Shown here one piece after another: positions 36,734 through 45,269 of a DNA stretch of 45,269 nucleotides (position 1 is its first letter; each line of letters opens with the position of its first letter). Made by a program: the position numbers and the translations under genes. Below the pieces are notes generated by a model. That model saw nothing but the letters and a program-made list of their open reading frames with translations, made no database searches and was not told where the DNA came from. The DNA comes from a bacterium (GTDB taxonomy: Bacteria; Patescibacteriota; Minisyncoccia; Phycocordibacterales; CALRBL01), in assembly GCA_027487075.1 (NCBI GenBank), contig JAIYEG010000010.1, positions 1 through 45,269 on the forward strand. Reading direction: 5' to 3'.

Positions 36734-37675
36734 CTACGCAAACATTTCTACATGATATCCCTGAACGTTGCCAGAGACGTTGTCCAGCATCTCTGCCTTC
36801 TTTGGGACAGCCGGCGGCCCTTTGGCAAGAAACCGTGTAAACCAGTCCCGCCCCTTAAAGAGTAGCAGGGGTTGGAATTCCAAGGGAACCCTCCCAGCCA
36901 ACTCAGCGTATCTCTTCTTGGCTTTGGACGTCCAACCATTCTTGTCCGCCATGTAAGCGGCATGAACAGCGCGGAAATCCTTGGCTTTGAGAATACACTT
37001 TCCCTTGAGAGGGAGCCCCGAGCAATAGCGGAAGATAAGGTTGTTGGTCACCTCATCCGCTAGCAGTGGGATCGAGCGACCCCCCTCTGCAGTCTCCATT
37101 TGCTGGCGATTAATTTGCAACCATCCTTCGACGGATTGCACCACCACGAATTGAATGAACCAGCGAGCCAGCTCAGATTCCTGACGATTTTTTTTTCGCA
37201 CATCGAGAGCTGACAGCATCATGTTGTATCCATTCCATTTCAAGGGACGACCCTCATCACGCCCCATGGCATATGTGAGAAGATATTCTCTTGCGGACGC
37301 AAACTTCACCCCTTCTGTAGATTCAATTTGCGCCAGATCAGAAGTATCGGCGATTTCCTTTACCAACTGGATCACCCCGCCAATAGGAGTCTTGAGGCCG
37401 TTACGGACGACAAATTCCGCCCATGCTTCGGGATCCTCCTTGCCTTTAGTCGAATGAACGACTGCGAGTGAGAGGATACCAAGAGTGATGTCGAGTGCCT
37501 TGCGGACAGACTCGATGTTCTTGAAGCCAACGAATTTCTTCGCCGACTCGACAACCAGATCCTGAAGCTCCTCGCACAGACTCATCTCGCGGTCAGGTGC
37601 GACCCTTCCCGTTTTAAAAGCGTGTGCGAGAGCGATGGTGATCGGATGCCTGTTATCAATCGTTGCAATAATCAT
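36734..37675 (-). CDS. AtcC-like protein
   Basis: MIIATIDNR...ALAH N-terminus, about 313 aa, AAGGA RBS; fourth gene of the J-domain operon. Assignment rests on recalled family similarity and synteny. Confidence 0.55.
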   Translation of the reverse strand: MIIATIDNRHPITIALAHAFKTGRVAPDREMSLCEELQDLVVESAKKFVGFKNIESVRKALDITLGILSLAVVHSTKGKEDPEAWAEFVVRNGLKTPIGGVIQLVKEIADTSDLAQIESTEGVKFASAREYLLTYAMGRDEGRPLKWNGYNMMLSALDVRKKNRQESELARWFIQFVVVQSVEGWLQINRQQMETAEGGRSIPLLADEVTNNLIFRYCSGLPLKGKCILKAKDFRAVHAAYMADKNGWTSKAKKRYAELAGRVPLEFQPLLLFKGRDWFTRFLAKGPPAVPKKAEMLDNVSGNVQGYHVEMFA

Positions 37676-37744
37676 CAATAGATTCCTTTCGGATAAAAGT
37701 TGCCCCATCCACGCGGCGTGCGCATGGATGGGGCGGGTTGAGGT

Positions 37745-38464
37745 TTAGACGTCCGAGAAGACTTCCGCCTTCGCTTCTGCCGGTTTCTCTTGGCCGACAT
37801 GCTTCGCCGCCATCCGAGACATGGTTTTCAGAGTGCGGGTGATGAAACGCCGTGACGGGTGGTCCTTGCCGCTCTCGGAGTCGAAGTCCCTCGGGTAGAG
37901 GGCCATGATTTCCTTTTTGAGCGAGAGGAGTCCGTGACGATCGATATGCTCGATCTCGACGTAAAGCTCCTGCCACGTTCCCTTTTCTGCCATACCGATG
38001 TCGAGGACATCATCTTCGAGAAACTCGGGACAGCCGACTTCGTCGACTGCGACCAAGATGAGCACGTCCTTGCCGAGAGGATCAGCAAGGAGAGCGTTCA
38101 TCAAGGAGTGGCGGTGGCCTTCGTCTCCGGTCAAAATGACGGAGAAGACGAAGTCCGCGACTTCTTGGGACATCTGACTCACCATATCGCCGCGAATGTT
38201 TCCTTCGAGACGTCCCCAACGTGCTCCGAAGCGCTCGAGAGCGCCAAGGAACTGTTCAGGGGTGACGAAGTGACCGGCGATCGAAGGCTTGGTGTAATCG
38301 CCTTCGCCTACGATAGCTGCCACTTCACCAGGCAGAAGTGCCTGTACGATGAGCGCCAACTGCTCGTCTCCGGCTTGATGGCCGATTACGGTGAGTTGAT
38401 TCTCTGCGGCCAACGGGCCGGATTGCTGCAGGGTCTGGCGGATCGCCAGTGCGGTGTCGTTCAT
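37745..38464 (-). CDS. AtcB-like protein
   Basis: AAE..L....AGD..L...D..KPS....VTPEQF pattern, 239 aa; third gene of the operon. Confidence 0.55.
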   Translation of the reverse strand: MNDTALAIRQTLQQSGPLAAENQLTVIGHQAGDEQLALIVQALLPGEVAAIVGEGDYTKPSIAGHFVTPEQFLGALERFGARWGRLEGNIRGDMVSQMSQEVADFVFSVILTGDEGHRHSLMNALLADPLGKDVLILVAVDEVGCPEFLEDDVLDIGMAEKGTWQELYVEIEHIDRHGLLSLKKEIMALYPRDFDSESGKDHPSRRFITRTLKTMSRMAAKHVGQEKPAEAKAEVFSDV

Positions 38465-38477
38465 AGTATTTCTTGGG

Positions 38478-38888
38478 TTACAGTCGGTTGATGATCGCTT
38501 TCTTCTTGCTCGCGAGGAAGCAGAGCGCGACGATCGCACACAGAGCTTCCGGATCCTTTTCCAGAAGATGGTCCCACGCGGGGCGAGCGCTGTCGGCGAG
38601 CTTCAATGCTTTCTTCGCCCGAATTGCTTCGAGCGCTTTGGCGGAGCTTGCCTTGGCGAGCGCGTTGACTTCCGGGCAGTCCGTGAATTGGAACTTGCCG
38701 AGGAAACCGATCGCGCCGTACATCGGATATTCCCGCAGTATACCATCCATTTGTGGAATCTGCGCGAGAACCTGGTCGCGATGCTCTTTGAGCGCCGCCT
38801 TACCTTGATCTTCAGTCCTGCGAGTGAAGAAGCTGTCGACCTGTTCGCCGAGTTCGGCAAACTGGCCCTTGAGTTGGATTTCGTCCAC
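38478..38888 (-). CDS. AtcA-like protein
   Basis: 136 aa; second gene after the short J-domain protein. Confidence 0.5.
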   Translation of the reverse strand: MDEIQLKGQFAELGEQVDSFFTRRTEDQGKAALKEHRDQVLAQIPQMDGILREYPMYGAIGFLGKFQFTDCPEVNALAKASSAKALEAIRAKKALKLADSARPAWDHLLEKDPEALCAIVALCFLASKKKAIINRL

Positions 38889-38909
38889 GTTGTCTTTCTT
38901 GTTAGGGTT

Positions 38910-39203
38910 TCAGGATTGTTGGTGGAATTGGGTGAAGTATTCGTCGACGACGCTTTTAGCGTCTGCATCGAGGTTTGTGACAAGCGCTTTACTTTGCGCT
39001 TCGTCATAGGCCTGGCGTTTGGAAGGATTGCCCAATGTTTCGTAGGCTTCGTTGATCTCCTTGAACTTAATCTCGGAAATCGCCTTATCCTTCGCCACGT
39101 CAGGGTGATGTTCGCGGGCGAGCTTTTTGAAGGCCGCCTTTATCTCATCCCCAGATGCGTGTCTTGGAACACCCAAAGTGGTGTAGTAGTCTTTTTTGTT
39201 CAT
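38910..39203 (-). CDS. Short class C J-domain protein (AtcJ-like)
   Basis: [11 protein letters not shown] and EAYETL....R..YD, plus a ~25 aa tail ([17 protein letters not shown]). Confidence 0.85.
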   Translation of the reverse strand: MNKKDYYTTLGVPRHASGDEIKAAFKKLAREHHPDVAKDKAISEIKFKEINEAYETLGNPSKRQAYDEAQSKALVTNLDADAKSVVDEYFTQFHQQS

Positions 39204-39231
39204 GTCAAAAATCTGTACTTATTTCTGCCAA

Positions 39232-39260
39232 TTTATAGCAAATAAAATGAATTTTGTCAA
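39232..39260 (-). promoter_or_regulatory. Sigma70 promoter of the J-domain operon
   Basis: TTGACA-17-TATAAA with extended TG. Confidence 0.7.
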
Positions 39261-39306
39261 GAAGAAAGGCAATGTCTTTCAACATTGCCTTTTATTTTAA
39301 AACAAT

Positions 39307-39741
39307 CTAGTACGACACCCGATCATCCTCATCGAGATAGTCGAAGAGATAGGTCTTCTCAGGATCGAGACCGAGGCGAGTACATTCACCGTCAAACCAT
39401 GCTTTCTTGCCGGCATCTTCGTGGTTGTGGTAGTCAGTCTTCATCACTGATGCTGTCCATGCAGCAATTTCTTCGTTGGTCTTTGGGGTACCCGTCTCAT
39501 TGAGAAATGCAAGCAATTCTTCATCACTTGCCCCCTCTGCTGCTTTTGCTTTGAATGCTTCTGCGTCAGTTCCCTTGAATCCGAAAATCATCTGATCGAG
39601 CGGACAATTAAAATGGTATTCGCCATTGGTACCTGCGATGGTGGCGCGACACTTGTCGATCGTGCGTGCGAGAATCGCATAGCTTCCCATGATGTCTTTT
39701 GGAGATCGAGGAGCTTCTTTTGTGAGGTCTTTTGATTGCAT
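39307..39741 (-). CDS. DUF5069-domain protein
   Basis: DLTKEAPRSP, LARTIDKCRA..AGT.GEYHFNCPLD and FDYLDEDD. Confidence 0.8.
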   Translation of the reverse strand: MQSKDLTKEAPRSPKDIMGSYAILARTIDKCRATIAGTNGEYHFNCPLDQMIFGFKGTDAEAFKAKAAEGASDEELLAFLNETGTPKTNEEIAAWTASVMKTDYHNHEDAGKKAWFDGECTRLGLDPEKTYLFDYLDEDDRVSY

Positions 39742-39830
39742 ATGTGTATATAAATTATGTGCGAATAATAAAACTACCAACACCGAGTGTGGGTAGTATA
39801 CATGACGGATGATGAAGTGGGAATGAACAT

Positions 39831-39867
39831 AAAAAAGCCGGCCGCCCCTCCGAAGAGGGACGACCGG
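39831..39867 (-). terminator. Intrinsic terminator of the small-peptide unit
   Basis: GC-rich stem (CCGGTCGTCCC / GGGGCGGCCGG) around a TTCG loop, followed by T6. Confidence 0.75.
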
Positions 39868-39909
39868 GGTCCGAGCCTGACCGCTGTCGCTGGTCAGGAA
39901 ACTGAGGCG

Positions 39910-40092
39910 CTAGCCCGCCGACGGGATGCTGCCGGGGCGCGACGTGCGGCCGATCACGGTGCACATGGAGGACTGGCTGTCGCCGCCGGAGGCGTTGTGA
40001 TAGCGGCGGGCGTGGCCGGTGCCGAAGGTGATGAACGTGACTTTGGAGCTATTGCTGTTGAATTGCGTGCGGTTGACACACATAGGCTGCAT
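39910..40092 (-). CDS. Small 57-60 aa protein with its own promoter and terminator
   Basis: Strong NNC codon bias and an AAGGAA RBS (favouring the ATG of MCVNR). Confidence 0.55.
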   Translation of the reverse strand: MQPMCVNRTQFNSNSSKVTFITFGTGHARRYHNASGGDSQSSMCTVIGRTSRPGSIPSAG

Positions 40093-40161
40093 TCCTTTCT
40101 TTGGTTTGTTGTTTGATTCAACGGGACTGCAAGCCGTAGCTGCTGTCCTGTCTTGATAAGG

Positions 40162-40189
40162 ATATTAGCACACCCTTATTTTATGTCAA
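40162..40189 (-). promoter_or_regulatory. Sigma70 promoter
   Basis: TTGACA-16-TAATAT with extended TG. Confidence 0.65.
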
Positions 40190-41189
40190 GCCCCTCCCCC
40201 ACAAGCACCTTTTCTACCCCTGCGATGTCCTCCTCTGCCATCAATTTCTCACGAAGCTCCTTTGCTCCGTCCCAGCCGTTCACATATGCCTTGTAATGCT
40301 TCTTCATGATGGCGAAATTCTTAATATCCCCGAGCAATTCTGCAAATAAGCGGGTATGTTCGAGCATCACCTTGAGTCGTTCCTTCGGATCAGTCACTAC
40401 TTCACCACTGAAGAGCCATGGATTACCAAAAATCGCACGTCCAAGCATGGCACCATCTGCTCCGGTCTCTCGTATTTTTTCTGCGGCATCGTGAATATCT
40501 TTCACATCACCATTGCCGATGATGAGCGTTTTCTTCCCCATCGCATTACGGATCGCAACCACCTCTTTGATATGTTCCCATCGTGCAGGAACCTTCGACA
40601 TTTCCTTCATGGTACGACAATGCACGGTGAGCACATCGATATCTTCGGCAAGGAGTTCGGGGATCCAACTATCAATCTCCACTTTGTTGTAGCCGACACG
40701 CGTCTTCACCGAAATACCAATCATCGGCACCCCTCGCTTTTCACTTTCTTCTTGTGCACCACGTTTGAGTGCACGGATGAGTTCGCGGGCTCGCTTGGGA
40801 TCACGCATGAGGGCGGCACCTGCTTTCTGCTTCATGATCGATTTGTCGGGGCATCCCATATTGATATCCGCGCCATCATACCCAAGTCGCACCGCAAGCT
40901 TTCCTGCTTCATACATGATCTCAGGATTTGATCCGAAAAACTGCGCCACGATGGGTCGCTCGCTTTCATGGTATACAAGATCACGCATGAGCTTTGCTTT
41001 GCCTTCAGGTGTTGCTTTTGCAAGACCATCGGCTGATACGAACTCCGTCCATGTCACATAGCTCGTATCAGGAGTGGCGCCTTGTTGCTTACTGTACTTT
41101 GCAATGATACGTCGAAACGCCGCATCGGTGACATCGGCCATCGGTGCGAGTATGAGAACTGGCTTTTTAATATGATCCCAAAACGACAT
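40176..41189 (-). CDS. dus: tRNA-dihydrouridine synthase
   Basis: LAPMADVTD, TEFVS, DINMGCP, SVKTRVG, HCRT, GNGDV and GRAIFGNPW. Confidence 0.95.
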   Translation of the reverse strand: MSFWDHIKKPVLILAPMADVTDAAFRRIIAKYSKQQGATPDTSYVTWTEFVSADGLAKATPEGKAKLMRDLVYHESERPIVAQFFGSNPEIMYEAGKLAVRLGYDGADINMGCPDKSIMKQKAGAALMRDPKRARELIRALKRGAQEESEKRGVPMIGISVKTRVGYNKVEIDSWIPELLAEDIDVLTVHCRTMKEMSKVPARWEHIKEVVAIRNAMGKKTLIIGNGDVKDIHDAAEKIRETGADGAMLGRAIFGNPWLFSGEVVTDPKERLKVMLEHTRLFAELLGDIKNFAIMKKHYKAYVNGWDGAKELREKLMAEEDIAGVEKVLVGEGLDIK

Positions 41190-41194
41190 GGTCG

Positions 41195-42244
41195 CTACTC
41201 TACCATGCTTGGTTGATAATTTGAATTCAGCTGAATGGTGGACGTGCTATACGACACCACCCCTTCTTTGTTCACCAGCGCATCAAGCTTCATACCGCGC
41301 ATCGTCTCTTCGGAAAAGTTTTGATCGAAAATGAAGTTGCCGAGACTGTAAGCAATGAGCTTTCCTTTGTATTCCTCGGTCTCTTGGCGCACGTGTGGAT
41401 GATGCCCTACCACAATATCTGCTCCGTTATCTATCGCAAGATGTGCGAGGCGTTGCTGACGCGCATTCGAGCGCGCCTTGTACTCATCACCGAAGTGAAA
41501 TGACACCACCAAAATATCCACCTGCTCAGATGCATCGCGAATGATTGCCGGAAGCAGCGGATCAGATGCCGACAAAATACCAGGACCAGCGTTTGTCGAA
41601 CCACTCGCAGTGCTTGTCGCACCCGCTGGAGCACGAAGCAGCACACCAGCGGGACCAAAATCAGAAAATCCCAGATAGGCAATCGTGATACCATTCACCA
41701 CATGTACATCAGGAGTGATGGCGTCTTGATAGTCAGTGCCACCCCCGACCATATCAAATCCTGCCGCCCGACCAAGCGTGAGGGTGTCTTCGAGTGCAAG
41801 CTTGGTCCAATCACCGATATGATTGTTTGCCATCGAAAGCACATCAAAGCCAGCGTTGTGCAAAGCGTCGAGCACGACAGGCTCAAACCGGAACGAATAG
41901 ATACTTCCGACATTTTGCCCTCTATCTGATACAGGACCTTCGAGATTGGCAAACATCAGATCGGGTGTTTTGAGAAATTCAGCGTTCTCAAAGAGAAAGT
42001 TGTAGTCGCCCCCTCCCTGTTTTTGTACACGCATCTTTACCCCACGATCAAGCATGATGTCTCCGACAAATGAAAGAGTAGCCGTGGTCGAGGCAACCAT
42101 GCTTTCTTGAGGTGTCGACGTAGCAACCTGCACATCAGAACGTGTGTACGATGACTGTCCGGTGAAATCAAAGGTCGATATAAGTGCAATACAAAAGATA
42201 CTAAGAAATACTAACCCTACCCTATTCTTTGAAGTTTGAGACAT
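41195..42244 (-). CDS. CapA/PGA_cap metallophosphatase-fold protein
   Basis: VGDIMLDR, NLEG, ANNHIGD, HFGDEY, GHHPH and YSLGNFIFDQ. Confidence 0.92.
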   Translation of the reverse strand: MSQTSKNRVGLVFLSIFCIALISTFDFTGQSSYTRSDVQVATSTPQESMVASTTATLSFVGDIMLDRGVKMRVQKQGGGDYNFLFENAEFLKTPDLMFANLEGPVSDRGQNVGSIYSFRFEPVVLDALHNAGFDVLSMANNHIGDWTKLALEDTLTLGRAAGFDMVGGGTDYQDAITPDVHVVNGITIAYLGFSDFGPAGVLLRAPAGATSTASGSTNAGPGILSASDPLLPAIIRDASEQVDILVVSFHFGDEYKARSNARQQRLAHLAIDNGADIVVGHHPHVRQETEEYKGKLIAYSLGNFIFDQNFSEETMRGMKLDALVNKEGVVSYSTSTIQLNSNYQPSMVE

Positions 42245-43382
42245 AGCGAATATTACGCGTTATAAACGACAACAAATTTGACGCATCCTGATTGCGATCG
42301 TTGCTCCTGAGCAAGATGAGTGCGAGATGTCGCTCTTCTGCTTTTGAATTCGGATCAGTACCACGGAAGTTCACCTTGAAATACGAAAGCGTCGTTTTCT
42401 TGGCTTCATCAATAAAGCCATTTTTCCCACCGAGGAAGTTCGGGAAGGTCAGATAGTAGTTTTGGTTTTTCCATGAGTGATCGGCGATACCAAATTCTTT
42501 CACACGCGTAATATCGAGGAGTTCGGGATATGCTTTCTTGATGTAGAGTGCGAGTTTGGTGAGATCATAGGCTGTTGATACGTTGTTCGGCGACAAACCA
42601 CTTGGATCCTCAAAGGTAGTTTGCTCCATGCCAAGTGATGCCGCTTTATCATTCATGAGTGCCATAAAATCTTCTCGCCCATAGTCACGCGCAAGCACTT
42701 CTGCCGCATCGTTTGATGATTCCATAAGAAGCGGATATAGAAGATCCGTCACCAAAATACGTTCACCTCGATACAATCCTCCTTCGGTGCCGTAGGTGTT
42801 GTATGAATCATCGGTCACCGTCGCGATGTGATGCGGATCAGTATGTTCTTTGGTCACAATTGCTGTTATGAGTTTTGACACTGATGCGATGGGGTACGCC
42901 ACACCTGCGTTTTTTTCGAGAATGATTTCGCCTGTGGTGGTGTCGACGACCACATACGCCTCAGCAGTCACCGTGAGCTTGCTTGGCGTATCGATCATTG
43001 CAAAGTGAGTCGAAGAAGCAAAGGTGGGAGGCTCGTCGGTAGCTTGATCATCAGAACCTCGCGGCTCTTGCTCCCCTGTTGAAGATCCATCATAAGACAT
43101 CGCCACCTGCAGCACCTTGCTTACTTCCTCTGGTGCACGGTAGGTAAAGTAACCGAATGCGAAATTGGCACACATCGAGACGAGCGCAAGCATGATGAGC
43201 GCGTTTGGAATTTGATGTGTTCCGATAGCGATACGCTCTGCATCTTTTACTTTTTCTTTCATTTTCTCTGCGAGATGCAAAGAGGAAGCCTCATGATGAT
43301 GAGGACCGAGCGTAAGACCTGATAAGTACGCTTCGGGTACTTTAGGCGTGTGCTTTTTTCGAAATAATGAATGAACGAACAT
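42222..43382 (-). CDS. D-alanyl-D-alanine carboxypeptidase (peptidase S11)
   Basis: PIASVSK (SxxK), SSNDAA (SxN), DPSGL, and GKNG in place of KTG. Confidence 0.88.
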   Translation of the reverse strand: MFVHSLFRKKHTPKVPEAYLSGLTLGPHHHEASSLHLAEKMKEKVKDAERIAIGTHQIPNALIMLALVSMCANFAFGYFTYRAPEEVSKVLQVAMSYDGSSTGEQEPRGSDDQATDEPPTFASSTHFAMIDTPSKLTVTAEAYVVVDTTTGEIILEKNAGVAYPIASVSKLITAIVTKEHTDPHHIATVTDDSYNTYGTEGGLYRGERILVTDLLYPLLMESSNDAAEVLARDYGREDFMALMNDKAASLGMEQTTFEDPSGLSPNNVSTAYDLTKLALYIKKAYPELLDITRVKEFGIADHSWKNQNYYLTFPNFLGGKNGFIDEAKKTTLSYFKVNFRGTDPNSKAEERHLALILLRSNDRNQDASNLLSFITRNIRYVSNFKE

Positions 43383-44265
43383 CTGATGGAAGAATTATGG
43401 AAGCTCCGTGGAAACGCTCCTTATGTGCTGTTAATGAATACTCGATGAGCTCAGTGATGAATTCCGCACGCTCACTACCCGACACGAACCGAATCATATC
43501 TTCTTTGAAATACGCTACCATCTGCTGAAGTCCTTGTTCGGTAATAATAATACGATAAAAGCGCTCGAACTCCTCGACCTCGGTACGTGTCACATGTTCG
43601 AGTGAGAATAATGGCTCTACGCTACGACCTAATGCTGGTGCAAGCAAGGTCTTACCAGCTCGACGACGGCGATGACCATGCTCAACATGTTCTGCTGACA
43701 TCAAAAATTGCTCACGCGCAATCTCCATACGTGAAAGAAAATCTCTAAAGTACGGATCCTCATCGTAGAGGTGTCCTGCGAGATGATGAAAATGTCCTCG
43801 CGAAGGAAGTGCGATATCCGCATGCTGTTTGTTGTTCTCAATATAGTGAATCATTTCTTTTGCTACACCAAGACGCATCATCACTTCTTGCCCGAATCGT
43901 GAATGCAAAAACGCTTTTGCGAGATCTTTTTTCTGAGGATGATGCAGACCGAGCACGACAAGTGTCGCAAAAGACATTTCGTGACTCTTTTCAAGCTGGC
44001 GAGACAGATAGTTGAAATACACTTCGATGAGAATTGTTTTCAGAAGTAGTGCAAACGTCACCAAAAAGAGACCCTCTGCGATAGGCCACAGCATTGATCC
44101 TGCCTCGGTGTAGCGGAGAAGATTAAAAAGCACCGCAAACGAAAGAAAGAATATCGAAAGTCCGAACAATACCTCTTCCGCTTTCTCACGAAGATGTAGC
44201 GGGAAATAGCGCTCAAGTGCCAACATTTCTTTTTGTGCACCACGCAAGGTTATTGAACGTTCCAT
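43342..44265 (-). CDS. Membrane protein with Clp-N-like and AAA-lid-like segments but no ATPase motifs
   Basis: Two TM segments, a helical region, and a C-terminus resembling the ClpA first AAA lid; no Walker A/B. Confidence 0.45.
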   Translation of the reverse strand: MERSITLRGAQKEMLALERYFPLHLREKAEEVLFGLSIFFLSFAVLFNLLRYTEAGSMLWPIAEGLFLVTFALLLKTILIEVYFNYLSRQLEKSHEMSFATLVVLGLHHPQKKDLAKAFLHSRFGQEVMMRLGVAKEMIHYIENNKQHADIALPSRGHFHHLAGHLYDEDPYFRDFLSRMEIAREQFLMSAEHVEHGHRRRRAGKTLLAPALGRSVEPLFSLEHVTRTEVEEFERFYRIIITEQGLQQMVAYFKEDMIRFVSGSERAEFITELIEYSLTAHKERFHGASIILPSDVRSFIISKKAHA

Positions 44266-44450
44266 AGGAAGATAAGATAAAAGCCACTGATAAAGAAGAG
44301 GCCGATGACGATCGGGATAAGTGTCCAAATAATTGCAAGCGGAATACCAATGTATCCAAGAGCGAGACCATGCGGACGAAGATACTTATATCCTTCGATA
44401 TAGGCTCTGCCGTAATGAAATTTGAGATATGAAATAGTAACGCTCAACAT
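44250..44450 (-). CDS. Small membrane protein
   Basis: 66 aa, hydrophobic, between ftsQ and the downstream gene. Confidence 0.55.
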   Translation of the reverse strand: MLSVTISYLKFHYGRAYIEGYKYLRPHGLALGYIGIPLAIIWTLIPIVIGLFFISGFYLIFLWNVQ

Positions 44451-44459
44451 ACCTCTATA

Positions 44460-45266
44460 TTATATAGCAGGTGTTGATGAAGCGGAAGTCTTATAGAAGA
44501 TCTTTTTCCCAAACCGTAGATCGATGTAAGAAAATGTAGGTATCGAAGGGAGTGCTGTCTTCAATAATTCGAATTGTTCAACGAGCGATTCTTTGGTTGA
44601 TATGATGAGTCTTCCCTGTTCTGTCACGACATTTACCCGATCATTGCCATCCATTTCAACAAACTGAAATTTCAAACCAACGGTTTCAAGTTGGCGTGTA
44701 AAATCAACAAGATCATGCATCACTCGAGGTTCGATAAGCGAGGTACCAAGCCCACTCGCATCAGAACTTGTTGCACGCACATTCACAAAGCGTGTAAAGG
44801 AATCTGTGGGCATACCCGTCTCGAATGCGTATCCTTGATCATCAAGGTGGTAGCATTCCATACCGCAATAGAGCGCAGCCGTCGAACGCTCTTTCACCGC
44901 AATCTCTACCGACGTGAGTGAAGTACGGCGCACCTTCACTTGATGCACGGTTTTGAAATCATTGAGAATACGCTCAGCAATTTCATGACGTGGATATCCA
45001 ATCACAAACCGCTTTGGCACAATATATCCGTATGCTCCCGATGACATGTCATCTGCAACACGCTTGAGTGCGTCGGCATCGGTGCGAGATGTGCCTGACA
45101 CAGTCACCGTCTGAATGGTGAGTGCGGGAATGCGCACAATCCACATACACAATCCAATAAGTAGACCACATGCAAGCACGAGAACTATCATTCTTCGGAT
45201 AAGACGGATGCGGCGGCGTCTGCGGCGATTCGGTGTCTCAAGAAGAACTTTCTTTCGTCTTAGCAT
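44460..45266 (-). CDS. ftsQ: Cell division protein FtsQ/DivIB-like
   Basis: Basic N-terminus, TM segment, POTRA (IQTVTVSG...VEIAVKER), D..GY.F and C-terminal YIDLRFG.KI.YK. Confidence 0.8.
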   Translation of the reverse strand: MLRRKKVLLETPNRRRRRRIRLIRRMIVLVLACGLLIGLCMWIVRIPALTIQTVTVSGTSRTDADALKRVADDMSSGAYGYIVPKRFVIGYPRHEIAERILNDFKTVHQVKVRRTSLTSVEIAVKERSTAALYCGMECYHLDDQGYAFETGMPTDSFTRFVNVRATSSDASGLGTSLIEPRVMHDLVDFTRQLETVGLKFQFVEMDGNDRVNVVTEQGRLIISTKESLVEQFELLKTALPSIPTFSYIDLRFGKKIFYKTSASSTPAI

Positions 45267-45269
45267 ATT

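Noticed and set aside
37859-39245. Long plus-strand ORFs (210 and 263 aa)
   Set aside because: They are antisense shadows of the GC-rich minus-strand operon, which has the promoter and the recognisable J-domain.
39787-40116. 109-aa plus-strand ORF
   Set aside because: It is a shadow of the minus-strand unit; promoter, RBS and terminator all point to the minus strand.

Overview
This 45 kb bacterial window uses genetic code 11. Its gene content suggests Patescibacteria/CPR (Parcubacteria-like): split PEP-utiliser genes, TrmB, GLUG/peptidoglycan-binding surface proteins, a short DnaX and a divergent FtsQ. That placement is inference only. Left part (1-13.6 kb): an IS end truncating an Fe-S-free PhrB-type photolyase, two paralogous GLUG surface proteins, an AT-rich MazG-like + GIY-YIG/DUF2075 helicase pair, and gene debris. 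A second copy of the 22-bp IS end sits at 13608, in front of an archaeal-type SAM synthetase and an AlaRS-catalytic-domain paralog/peptidase E pair. Middle part (about 17.9-35 kb): an accessory island anchored on the 3' end of tRNA-Gln(TTG). It looks like a tandem array of units separated by a recurring tRNA-end-like junction motif (34939, 31388 and, weakly, 21311). The units are (i) a recombinase-free ABC-transporter/TrmB cassette, (ii) a ~10 kb large-serine-recombinase element, and (iii) a split PEP-utiliser/His-phosphatase cassette. Element (ii) carries a LexA / Cas2-VapD-like / SMODS-AGS-C cyclase / SLATT (CBASS-type) operon, a C4/CI-like structured antisense leader RNA, a ParB-methyltransferase, and a TIGR04255-like/TumA-like/TumE-like triad. 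Right part: dnaX, a GC-rich atcJABC-like J-domain operon, a small stand-alone peptide gene, dus, capA-like, a D-Ala-D-Ala carboxypeptidase, a ClpA-derived protein without an ATPase, and ftsQ. All family calls come from motifs read by eye; no database searches were run.
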